From Phoronis australis (Eukaryota > Animalia > Phoronida), in contig NMRA01000568.1 of assembly GCA_002633005.1 (NCBI GenBank), forward strand, positions 162,759 through 226,758: a stretch of 64,000 bases of DNA, read 5' to 3'. This document shows positions 38,699 through 49,740 of this stretch, piece by piece. How positions within the stretch are numbered: position 1 is the stretch's first letter; every line of letters starts with the position of its first letter. A program made the position numbers and the translations under genes. The notes under the pieces were generated by a model. The model was not told the DNA's origin. It did not search any database and worked only from the letters and a program-made list of their open reading frames with translations.

Positions 38699-39487
38699 AC
38701 TATGCCGCCACTTTTTTAAGCTAGTGGTTCACCTTCTCAAAGGCGATATTTTGCTGTTGCTTTGGCAAGATCTTTCAACCTGCCGGCAAATAAATGTGTG
38801 TTTTTATTTCCTTCCACCACAAGGTCTTTAAGAAATTGTCATTCGTAGCCAAGGTGGTAGACTGCACCCGCCAGCATATGAAACTGGTTTTTCTCCTTTT
38901 GTGTGAACCAGGGCAATTACTGCATTAGCGATGTATCCAATGCCAAAATAAACCAATGAAACTATCGTGGACTAAAACTGGTGTTTTTTCTATCAAATTG
39001 GCCTCCGAAATTGAATTCTCCATGAAAAAAATTTGTCATTGTCGTTCGTTACAGGGGAAAGACGATAAATATTAGCCAAATACGATGTCATTGATGTTCT
39101 TACCAAGGGAAGTGTGTTGACTGTAATGTCGGATACACAATTGGTTTATGAGCGTCAACAGAAGATCGCAAGAACGCTTTAACGATAAAAACTTGTTACC
39201 TGATCCTGGAAACTCCTTTCGTGTGGAGTTGAAACTGTACACTCTACAGTTTTGACTATACCATAAAACTACTCGTGTTAAAAACCCATGGAAAGCAGAT
39301 AGGGACACATCTATAAAGTCGACCTGGCGCATTAATTTGATAGAGTTTCATTCACACAATCCGAGAAGAAGGCGTTAAGTGAACGGTTTTCCTCTGTTTG
39401 ACAAATACCATGCAAACTCATGAAATATGATGTCGCTTTCGTAAACTGCAACGATGATACATTTCTCGCATGTGCATTCGACATAAA

Positions 39488-39592
39488 TTGTAACAATTTC
39501 GTAAAATGTAACAACTTGATGCGTTTTAGGAGAAGCCTAGCAACGTAAAATATAACAATGGCACAATTGTTACATTTTACGAAATTGTTACA
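39488..39592. repeat. Short inverted-repeat element
   Basis: TGTAACAATTTCGTAAAATGTAACAA mirrored by TTGTTACATTTTACGAAATTGTTACA. Confidence 0.75.
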
Positions 39593-39851
39593 TTTTACGG
39601 CGTATACTGTAATTGATGGCTTCCTTTCATTACTTGATTGCTCAATGTCGGATCCTTCACGAGATACACATTTAAAATATAAAAATACGACTGTAGTCAA
39701 CACTTAAAGAGAAATTTAGAAACGTGTAAATGTGCGTTTGGTTCGTCTTAACATCAAATTCTGCCTCTGTCTTCGTTCGCCACACGCTTTACTAATTCCA
39801 TCCAATGTAGAATGGGAATCTTTCTAGTGTTAACCAGTGCACGTTTTGCAG

Positions 39852-40067
39852 GCTATCGAACCACCTGCTACGAAAAGGGGAATGAATACAAACTAGTTAC
39901 CGGCACGGGCTGCGAGAATTTTACCCAAAGGAACGTGTTTAACAACGTGTTCGGTTTGCTCCAATGTCCTAAAGGGCTTCAGTTTAACGTGAGACCATGT
40001 GTGTGCGATTACCCGTACCGAACCAGGTGCGCCCTGCAGATAGACAATCAAGAAAATCTTCCAGCTT
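39852..40067 (+). CDS. Candidate exon: chitin-binding type 2 (CBM14/peritrophin-A)-like domain
   Basis: Acceptor TTTTGCAG (phase 1). CYEKG..GCENFTQ..CPKGLQFNVRPCVCDYPYRTRC fits CPxGLxFN..CDY/W. Probable phase-1 donor T|GTATGC at 40068 (216 nt). The expected third Cys is absent. Confidence 0.7.
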
Positions 40068-40749
40068 GTATGCGAATCTTGCTTGTTTTAGCGTCAGCGT
40101 TGTTTCAATTCGAAAGAATTTTAGGTGATCATTGAACCTTCCTTGTTATACAATAGGTCCATTCTGCATTACATATGTGCTTCAAGCCGAGTCTCATTTT
40201 GCACTGATGCGCATGCTCGAATTTGTGCAAAATTTGCCGTCTGGCAGAAAACACTCGATGCACGTGCAGGTAACCGGTTATTTTGTCTGGCAACACTCAT
40301 TTTGCATAGATCGAATTACAGGCGATTTGTGAGCCAATAAATCTGTTACGTAACTGTTGTACAAAAACCAAGTATATTTGAATGAAATGTAATTCAAGGT
40401 TTATGTTGAAGTTTCCACTCTTCTCAAGCTTTGTAGTCAACCGCGTAGACAAGAACATTTGCTTGAGTTTTAATTTTCAATCTCATCTTTTTATTGCATC
40501 TGTGTTTCTATTTTGCTTATTTTTGCTTTGCTGAACACGTTTACAACATAGCAAGTTCTGTGCTGCTATTGCAGCAAACTCATTTCATTGAGGTAGGCAT
40601 GCTAAAGATGTTCAAAAGAATTATTGACCGAAACGTCGTGGCAATGTTTATGAGCAAGACTTGGACTTAGATAAACACAAAGATTTTAGAAGTGGTATAT
40701 ATGCTTTGAAAATTCCCATGATAACGGGAGGTTTAATGGATTGTCTTAG

Positions 40750-40950
40750 CTATTGTTTTTGTTGTTGTTTTTGTAATAGTAGTAGTAATAGCACTAATAA
40801 TGGGAATAACAGTAATAGTTGCTGCTGTTCTTGTTTTTGGTGTTGTTTTTGTAATAGTAGTAGTAGTAATAGCACTAATAATGGGAATAATAGTAATAGT
40901 TGCTGCTGTTCTTGTTTTTGGTGTTGGTTTTGGTGTTGTCATTTTTGTTG
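40750..40950. repeat. Low-complexity TGT/TAG/TAA tract with an ~80-bp tandem duplication
   Basis: TGTAATAGTAGTAGTAATAGCACTAATAATGGGAATAA..TGCTGCTGTTCTTGTTTTTGG occurs twice. Confidence 0.85.
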
Positions 40951-40998
40951 TTGATATCGCTATTGAACCCTAGATAAATGTACGCTTGCGTCGAATAG

Positions 40999-41229
40999 GT
41001 CTTGTGGCCGGAACAAACACAGAAGTCGAACTGCCCGACTTCCTGAAGTGTCTGGCTAAATGCCTTGGGAAGTCGTTGGCTGAAATCGAACAGTGGTTCA
41101 ATGAGTGTGGGAACAACAAAAAATGTTGGGCGAAAAAAGTTGGCTTTACGGGACTAAAGTGCGTTGGCAGTTGCATCATGTTTGATGATGAAACCAGTGA
41201 CGCCACATCCTTCAATGCAATCAAGTTAG
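40999..41229 (+). CDS. Six-Cys module 2 exon
   Basis: TAG acceptor, G|GTAAGT donor, 231 nt, phase 1-1. DFLKCLAKCLGKSLAEIEQWFNECGNNKKCWAKKVGFTGLKCVGSCI. Confidence 0.88.
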
Positions 41230-41728
41230 GTAAGTCATTGAATCAGATATTCAATACCGTAAATGAAATTCGACGGGCTATGTCATATCTGGGCTTAATT
41301 GCTTCTCTCCACGTCACGATAATGCCACCAAAATTAATTTATCTTAACAGATTGTCGAAAGACCGAGCCCAGTTTACAGGAAGTTGTGTGTGGCATGCAC
41401 TCTTTCCACACTGCACGTTTCAAAACCCGATACATGGATATCTAGAGTTATCATTCTTGAGTTAATTCCCTTTTTGAGTATACCTTTTACATGTATAACT
41501 CCTGTCGTATTGGACTGTCTAATCGCTTTGAGCTATCAATCACGCGTTCCTATGCTTCCTTTTCTTACAATTAGAAAATAATACTTACATTATTACAGTT
41601 GCAATCGGTATTTTGAAAATGTTATTGTTGTTGTTGATGATGTTATAGGTTGATATTGTTGTGGTTGTCATTTTTGTTGTTGTTGTCGCTAACTCAACCC
41701 TGGATAAATATGCACTTCCGTCGGTTAG

Positions 41729-41962
41729 GGGGTGTGGCCGGTAAAAACACAGAAGTTGATATGCCAGACTTCGTGAAGTGCCTGGCTAAATGCCTTGGGA
41801 AGTCGTTGGCTGAAATCGAACAGTGGTTCAATGAGTGTGGGAACAACAAAAAATGTTGGGCGAAAAAAGTTGGCTTTAAGGGACTAAAGTGCGTTGGCAG
41901 TTGCATCACGTTTGATGATGAAACCAGTGACGTCACATCCGTTGAGCACGAGATCAGATCAG
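41729..41962 (+). CDS. Six-Cys module 3 exon
   Basis: 234 nt, phase 1-1; core nearly identical to module 2; weaker donor GTCCGT. Confidence 0.78.
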
Positions 41963-42691
41963 GTCCGTCATTAAAAAGATATACAGGTTGTCTAATTCTC
42001 GATATCAGTGCAAATTAAGAGCTAACTATTCTTGTCAGCTGTTCTTAGGTAAAACGCAATAAAGGTAACATCCCTGCAAATTAAACGAATATAAACCTTG
42101 CCTCCGTGCAAGAAAGGAACTTTATTTAAACCACTTTTCTCGTCTGTCCATGTACATGTATGTCGGTATGGCAGCCATTGAGAGAAAATTGTCAAGAAGA
42201 GTGTTGCACGCACCGCTACGGTACGTATAATTTTACGCGGACTCGTAATCAACATCCACAGTCTCTGTTTATTTTTTAGAAATGAAAAAACTCGAGTACA
42301 AATTCTACCGACGTTAAACACGAGGGATGTAATTCGACAGAAATGGGGGGGCAGTCCTTTGATCTTGTGAACATTTTTTATTTATCAATGCTAAACACCT
42401 GAAGATGTCCAAAGAAATAATTGACTGTAGCGTCGTGGCAATGTAAAAAGGCTACACCATAGTGTAGATAAACCAATAGATTTTAGAATGGATATAAATG
42501 TTTGGAATTCCTTCATGATAACGGGAGTTTTAATTTAATGTCTTTGCTATTGTTTTTATTTTTGTAGGCGTAGTAGTAGTCGTAGCAGCAGCAACAGCAA
42601 AAGCAACAGCAGTAGTTCTTGTTATTGTAGTTATTTTTTGTCAGATGTTGTCGTTAAGTGGATCCAATGTTCGCTTTAATTCGTCCAATAG

Positions 42692-42925
42692 GTATTGTGG
42701 CCGCAACAAACGCAGAAGTCGAACGCCCCTACTTGCTGAAGTGTCTGGCTAAATGCCTTGACATGTCGTTGGATGAAATCGAAGAGTTGTTTGCAAAGTG
42801 CGGAAGAAGAAGGCAATGCTGGTGGAATAAAGTTGGTGTGGAGGCAGTAAAGTGCCTCCGCAGTTGCATCAAGTTGGATGATGAAAGCAGTGACGTCACA
42901 TCCGTTGAGCATGAGATCAAACCAG
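42692..42925 (+). CDS. Six-Cys module 4 exon
   Basis: AATAG acceptor, CAG|GTCAGT donor, 234 nt. YLLKCLAKCLDMSLDEIEELFAKCGRRRQCWWNKVGVEAVKCLRSCI. Confidence 0.85.
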
Positions 42926-43679
42926 GTCAGTCATTATGCAAGAATATATGAAATTTGAGGGTTGTCTAATTTCTGGGTGCAATAGTAATGCCCGACGTCA
43001 TCAAATTTTAAGCGAGTTAAATCTTGTCAGAAATTATCAGGTAAATCGCAAAGAAGGTAACATCCCTGCAAACTAAAACGAATATAAACCTTGGCTCCGT
43101 GCAAGAAACGAATTTTATTTAAACCACTTTTCTCGTCTGTATGTCGGCATGGCAGTTATTGAAAGAAAATTGTCAAGAAGTGTGTAGCATGCACCGCAAC
43201 GGTACGTATGATTTTACGCGGACTCGTAATCAACACCCACTTTTTTCTGTTTATTTCTTAGTCATGAAAAAAACTTGAGTACCAATTCTATCGACGTTAA
43301 ACACGAGGGATGTAATTCGACAGAAATGGGGGGCAGTCCTTTGATTTTGTGAAGATTTTTTATTTATAAATGCTAAACACCTGAAGATGTCCAAATAAAT
43401 AATAGACTAAAGCGTCGTGGCAATGTAAATAGGCTGCACCATAGTGTAGATAAACCAATATATTTTAGAATGGATATAAATGTTTGGAATTCCTTCATGA
43501 AATCGGGAGTTTTAATTTAATGTCTTTGCTATTGTTTTTGTTTTTGTTTTTGTAGCCGTAGTAGTAGTCGTAGCAGCAGCAACAGCAAAAGCAACAGCAG
43601 TAGTTTTTTTTATTGTAGTTATTTTTTGTCAGATGTTGTCGTTAAGTGGATCCAATGTTCGCTTTAATTCGTCCAATAG

Positions 43680-43913
43680 GTATTGTGGCCGCAACAAACG
43701 CAGAAGTCGAACGCCCCTACTTGCTGAAGTGTCTGGCTAAATGCCTTGACATGTCTTTGGATGAAATCGAAGAGTTGTTTGCAAAGTGCGGAAGAAGAAG
43801 GCAATGCTGGTGGAATAAAGTTGGTGTGGAGGCAGTAAAGTGCCTCCGCAGTTGCATCAAGTTGGATGATGAAAGCAGTGACGTCACATCCGTTGAGCAT
43901 GAGATCAAACCAG
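43680..43913 (+). CDS. Six-Cys module 5 exon (protein identical to module 4)
   Basis: Same splice sites as module 4; one synonymous TCG/TCT difference seen. Confidence 0.82.
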
Positions 43914-44661
43914 GTCAGTCATTATGCAAGAATATATGAAATTTGAGGGTTGTCTAATTTCTGGGTGCAATAGTAATGCCCGACGTCATCAAATTTTAAG
44001 CGAGTTAAATCTTGTCAGAAATTATCAGGTAAATCGCAAAGAAGGTAACATCCCTGCAAACTAAAACGAATATAAACCTTGGCTCCGTGCAAGAAACGAA
44101 TTTTATTTAAACCACTTTTCTCGTCTGTATGTCGGCATGGCAGTTATTGAAAGAAAATTGTCAAGAAGTGTGTAGCATACACCGCTACGGTACGTATGAT
44201 TTTACGCGTACTCGTAATCAACACCCACTTTTTTCTGTTTATTTCTTAGTCATGAAAATAACTCGAGTACCAATTCTATCGACGTTAAACACGAGGGATG
44301 TAATTCGACAGAAATGGGGGAGCAGTCCTTTGATTTTGTGAAGATTTTTTATTTATAAATGCTAAACACCTGAAGATGTCCAAAGAAATAATCGACTAAA
44401 GCGTCGTGGCAATGTAAAAAGGCTACACCATAGTGTAGATAAACCAATAGATTTTAGAATGGATATAAATGTTTGGAATTCCTTCATGAAATCGGGAGTT
44501 TTAATTTAATATCTTTGTTATTGTTTTTGTTTTTGTAGCTGTAGTAGTAGTCGTAGCAGCAGCAACAGCAAAAGCAACAGCAGTAGTTCTTGTTATTGTA
44601 GTTATTTTTTGTCAGATGTTGTCGCTAAGTGTACCCAGTGTTTGCTTTAATTCTCCAGTAG

Positions 44662-44895
44662 GTCTTGTGGCCGCAACAAACGCAGAAGTCGAACTCCCCT
44701 ACTTCCTAAAGTGTCTGGCTAAATGCCTCGATATGCCGTTGGATAAAATCGAACAGTTGTTTAAAAAGTGCGGGAGAAGACGGCAATGCTGGTTTAATAA
44801 ACTTGGTGTGGAGAAAGGAAAGTGCCTCCGCAGTTGCATCAAGTTGGATGATGAAAGCAGTGACGTCACATCCGTTGAGCATGAGATCAAACCAG
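44662..44895 (+). CDS. Six-Cys module 6 exon
   Basis: Tandem acceptor CAGTAG (could start at 44659), donor GTCAGT. YFLKCLAKCLDMPLDKIEQLFKKCGRRRQCWFNKLGVEKGKCLRSCI. Confidence 0.85.
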
Positions 44896-45751
44896 GTCAG
44901 TCATTAGGCAAGAATATGTGAAATTTGAGCTAAATCTTGTCAGCAATTCTCAGGTAAAGCGCAATAACCTACTTCCGTGCAAAATGCGTTTTCTCCTGCA
45001 CAAACATGTATTCGAAATACAAACAGCTGCTCAGAAGAGTAGTAGGATGAAACGTAAAGCGCTTATTGCTACCCGTCAGTATGGAGTACAAGATTCCGGT
45101 TTGGCGTTGATTAATTTATCAAAAATTAACTTTTTGTTAAAGAAAATTGCCAGGAAGTGTCGAAAGCGCTGCAACGNGCAAGAAACGAATTTTACTTAAA
45201 CCACTTTTCTCGTCTGTATGTCGGCGTGGCAGTTATTGAAAGAAAATTGTCAAGAAGTGTGTAACATGCATCGCTACGGTACGTATGATTTTACGCGTAC
45301 TCGTAATCAACACCCACTTTTTTCTGTTTATTTCTTAGTCATGAAAAAAACTTGAGTACCAATTCTATCGACGTTAAACACGAGGGATGTAATTCGACAG
45401 AAATGGGGGGAGCAGTCCTTTAATTTTGTGAAGATTTTTTATTTATAAATGCTAAACACCTGAAGATGTCCAAAGAAATAATCGACTAAAGCGTCGTGGC
45501 AATGTAAATAGGCTACACCATAGTGTAGATAAACCAATAGATTTTAGAATGGATATAAATGTTTGGAATTCCTTCATGAAATCGGGAGTTTTAATTTAAT
45601 GTCTTTGTTATTGTTTTTGTTTTTGTAGCTGTAGTAGTAGTCGTAGCAGCAGCAACAGCAAAAGCAACAGCAGTAGTTCTTGTTATTGTAGTTATTTTTT
45701 GTCAGATGTTGTCGCTAAGTGTACCCAGTGTTTGCTTTAATTGTCCAGTAG

Positions 45752-45985
45752 GTCTTGTGGCCGCAACAAACGCAGAAGTCGAACTCCCCTACTTCCTAAA
45801 GTGTCTGGCTAAATGCCTCGATATGCCGTTGGATAAAATCGAACAGTTGTTTAAAAAGTGCGGGAGAAGACGGCAATGCTGGTTTAATAAACTTGGTGTG
45901 GAGAAAGGAAAGTGCCTCCGCAGTTGCATCAAGTTGGATGATGAAAGCAGTGACGTCACATCCGTTGAGCATGAGATCAAACCAG
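45752..45985 (+). CDS. Six-Cys module 7 exon (protein identical to module 6)
   Basis: Same sites as module 6; the unit follows a single-N join at 45177, so it may be an allelic assembly copy. Confidence 0.72.
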
Positions 45986-48215
45986 GTCAGTCATTAGGCA
46001 AGAATATGTGAAATTTGAGCTAAATCTTGTCAGCAATTCTCAGGTAAAGCGCAATAACCTACTTCCGTGCAAAATGCGTTTTCTCCTGCACAAACATGTA
46101 TTCGAAATACAAACAGCTGCTCAGAAGAGTAGTAGGATGAAACGTAAAGCGCTTATTGCTACCCGTCAGTATGGAGTACAAGATTCCGGTTTGGCGTTGA
46201 TTAATTTATCAAAAATTAACTTTTTGTTAAAGAAAATTGCCAGGAAGTGTCGAAAGCGCTGCAACGGTATGGTGAATGCCAAATCCTCGGAATCTAACGT
46301 AGCAGGCCAACGTTTATGTCATTGAGTTGGTACAACGTATTATTTTACGCCGACTGGTAATCAACATTATCTTTTTCTGTTGTTTTTTCTGTTTTGAAAC
46401 AATAGAGTACTAAACAACGATAATCCTTTATGCGTAGGGTCAAAATTCCAATTTATCGACGTCAGTATTTGTGTTGCCGGTCTTTTTACCTCAACAAAAC
46501 GGAAGAAGCCGAGCTTCCCGTGCTTATCAGGGGCCAGCCAAATGCCTCGTACAAAAACAATATTTTTACATGTTTTGTGTGAAATAAGTTGAGAATTCCG
46601 GTAAGCTTCGTAACTTGCTGGGCAGACCACTTCACGGAATACTTGCGAAATAGTCAATTGTCCTAATAGAGCCATGCTGTACGTCTTGGCGTTCAAGACA
46701 GATGAGTGGTCGCCAGGTTTGGCTGAAACAAGCTAGAAACGAACCAGTAAGGGGAAATAATAACAGTTGTTACGTAGCAAAAAGCGAGCACAGCTGCTTT
46801 TTTGTGATACTTAACATTGAAGTTATTGACTTACTCAGTGGCTGACCCAGGATCATGGGCAAATGCACTTTGGCATCGGATCGACTTGCATAATAGGCAC
46901 GTCCTATTCCTACAGTACAGCAATGCAAAGTAACTGAGCGTGGCGTCTGGACCACATGGTCCTTTTTTTAAACTGGGTCAGATACACTACACTTCTAGTT
47001 TAACTGACTGGACATCAAACAGTTTTTCAATGTCTGTCTATAACCATGCTTGTTCAATAAAGTAAACAAAGTTCCCTTCGTGATAATAGATTTGCCACCA
47101 TCCTGTACAGTACACTTAACGGCATAGTGTATACTGTGGTTCCGGGCTCGGACTGCAGGGAATTTACTCAGAGAACCGTAAAGATTAACGAATCAGACGT
47201 ACACCCAACACTGCCCGACAGGTCTGCAGTTTAACGTCGACGTTTCTGTATGTGATAAATAGAAGCAGGACAAAATGCACGGCCACGTGACCTATTCGTC
47301 ACCAAACCACGTCATTTCAAATTGCCAATCGTTGAACTTCATTTTAACATACAATTATTTCACAACAGGAAAGATAAAAGTAACGTACAGCTGTACATGT
47401 TTTAAGTTTTTAAGCAGATCTTCCTTTATACATGTACATGCTGTGTTGAAAGTCATGCTTTGTAAGTCTTCTTTGACGTTTTCTCATTCACGCAACACGG
47501 CGGACATATGGAGAAACCCCACGTTGGCAAATGTTTACCAAAGAAAGTGCCGTTTCCAGCAAAACAGGGTAAAAATTTAATAACTCCAAAGGGTCTACTC
47601 TCTGCACTCGAAACTGGACTCGAAAATTGACCAGTTGCATGACAAGCTTACTGAAACTAACACATTTGTTAATGCACTAAAGTGACTGGTTAAGTTTTGA
47701 TTCCTAGTTGAGTCTAAGAATATACTTTGGGCTCTGGTTAATGTATGAATTTAAACAAAACTCCATTTTGGTTTGAGCAGTACTAGTGTGCAGCAAACAA
47801 AATTTGACCTGCATTGTACATTGTAGTTGTGTGACGAGTGGCAGAAGAATGGAGGTCTTAGTTTCACGAACTGTTTGTATGCTCAAAAATGCGCTGTCCT
47901 TTTAAATGATAAATCAAACACTACTAGTACATTATAAAAAATGACAACAAATAATAGTTTAGTCGTAAGGTATCATTATAAGCAAACGTATTAAATAAAT
48001 TCGGACAAATCTGTTTAAGAGATAGCGCTCTCTGTGCCTATATGTATATTCACAGCCGGGTGCTCCATTGAAACCATTTTCCGAACATCATGTGCAAGGA
48101 AAAGTCCTGCACGCTCGTTTAAAAGTTTGAGATGAGATCTGTGGTGTCTCGATATCAAAAAATACACCTGCTCGTCCCTTACTATACTATTGTACAATTT
48201 TCACTTATTTTACAG

Positions 48216-48442
48216 GCGACGCAAATGTTTCTGAAGAGTGTTTAGCCAAATGCCTGGGAGGATCTCAGCCAGATGTCGCCCAGTTGAGCAGAAAATGTTA
48301 CAGCGTCATCAAGTGCTGGATGAGAGAAGTTGGTGTCAAGGGATTCCTTTGCGCCGCCTCTTGTTTGAGCGCCAAAGAGAAGACTCCTGCGGAGAGTTAT
48401 TCGTTTTCCGCGACGTTGACTGCAAGCGCAAACAAGTCATAA
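48216..48442 (+). CDS. Six-Cys module 8 exon, ending in a stop
   Basis: Strong acceptor TTATTTTACAG, phase 1. DANVSEECLAKCLGGSQPDVAQLSRKCYSVIKCWMREVGVKGFLCAASCLSAKEKTPA...NKS*. The ORF track shows only another frame. Confidence 0.85.
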
Positions 48443-49543
48443 AAGATCGCTTCTAAAGATGTAGGCCTAGTACTGAAGATTTCCTGTAAATCGTCTTCTT
48501 GGTTCTTGATTTTTAACGTTTTAAGTGATTATAAAACAGCGTTCCACCCTAAAATGAACAATTGATTTAAACCACTGATGTCGACTTGTTCCTTGTTAAC
48601 ATGATAGTGATTTCGAGGCTGGCAAAGAATCGACTATTCGCTGTTCTTCGTAGCATGTTCCCGCCTACAGGCCAACCTATAGTGCCTGGGGATCCTTTCC
48701 ACTAAAAACCAATTCTCGGATGGTCTAGAATTTTCCACGAAAATCAAGCAAAGGCGTAGGAAAATCTGTCCGAGACTCTAAGTCAACGGACAGAAATTTA
48801 AACTGTGCTCGAACAGACAGAAGACAAAACGCTTCGAGAAACGCAAAAGACAAAAGTAATCATTTTTGGCTCTTTTTGGTCAGATTGCAAACCTATGGCT
48901 AAAAAAAGACCACAGTTGATAGATTATTCAACTGGCCCACGCTCTTAAGCAATAACGAACGGTCGGTTCTCCTGAAGTCCAGAAATTATCCCTCTGATTA
49001 AAGAACAATTTGAGATCAAAATCATGCGGTAAGTAGTCTAAACGAGAGTTGGTTGTTACGATGGAAGGCCGGTCTACAGCTGCTGCAAGCCAACAAAGTT
49101 AGTGCAGACATTAATAAGTGCTTTATAACATGTGCAGAATAATCCCAAGACGAGAGCAATGAACCAAGTTTAGGCATGCAGTGCAGCGACGCCTGTGAAC
49201 CTAGTCTTTGAAACCGGAGTAACGAGAGCTGGTCTTTCGTCTAAACGTGAACAGAATCTTTTCGGTGATCTGGAGTGAGGTTAATGGACACGATGTGAAG
49301 TGTTGATGGATGTGATGTGAGTTTAATCCTGACTGATTCATGAACTTGTGTTTTTTGTTTTAATAGCGGTATTAGAAAAATCTTTAAATCCCGTAGTTTC
49401 GATAAACAAAGCCTGCAGTACGACCTGAGCGACAATTTGTGTTCTTTACTTTATACAGTACGTGCATGTATGCCTGTTCAATATTTATACATTCATTTGA
49501 ATTAGACACTGGTTTTCGTCTTTATTGCCTATTCATTCTTCAG

Positions 49544-49740
49544 GATAATCCAGCTAACATACACATGTATACATGTCATGCTGAAGAATTCAGATCGTAC
49601 AAATCATCACCGACCACCGTCTATTTCACCCTATAATTCATACTATAGGCCACGAATAAATTCACTGCCAATATGCATTCGTTTTAATTCTTTGTGTTTA
49701 GTAATGCGATGTTTTGACCTGAAAATAAACATTTTTTGAT
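49544..49740 (+). other. Candidate terminal exon A: phase-1 acceptor, immediate stop, 3' UTR and polyA signals
   Basis: TTCATTCTTCAG|GA TAA; AATAAA at 49655 and 49724; the same arrangement is kept in the paralog at 61929. Confidence 0.6.

Larger units (their letters stand above)
40600..46370 (+). repeat. Tandem array of ~0.7-1.1-kb exon+intron units (six module exons)
   Basis: Intron blocks such as CGTCGTGGCAATGT..GATAAAC..GATTTTAGAA and AAACCACTTTTCTCGTCTGT recur; exon start spacings are 730, 963, 988, 982 and 1090 bp. Confidence 0.95.

Noticed and set aside
37838-38719. Long ORFs across N runs (also at 16062-16859 and 53516-54937)
   Set aside because: Artefacts of translating gaps.
39055-39335. 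Acceptor followed by Cys-containing text (CSYQGKCVDC)
   Set aside because: Stops in all three frames and no recognisable domain; may be an old relic but unsupported.
40661-40954. Cys-rich ORF and the antisense Thr-rich mucin-like ORF (40733..40942)
   Set aside because: Both are translations of an intronic trinucleotide low-complexity tract.
41650-41728. Apparent signal peptide MILLWLSFLLLLSLTQP before module 3, suggesting single-exon genes
   Set aside because: Starts at TTG within a T-rich intron tract, and paralogous units do not conserve it.
40970-45980. Repeated minus-strand ORFs over the module exons
   Set aside because: Antisense shadows; splice signals and the conserved Cys frame are on the + strand.
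40600-46370. CRISPR-like or other prokaryotic array
   Set aside because: Units are ~1 kb exon-intron duplications in eukaryotic DNA, with no short repeat-spacer pattern or cas genes.
48238-48456. 72-aa ORF from the track
   Set aside because: Wrong frame; the overlapping frame encodes module 8.
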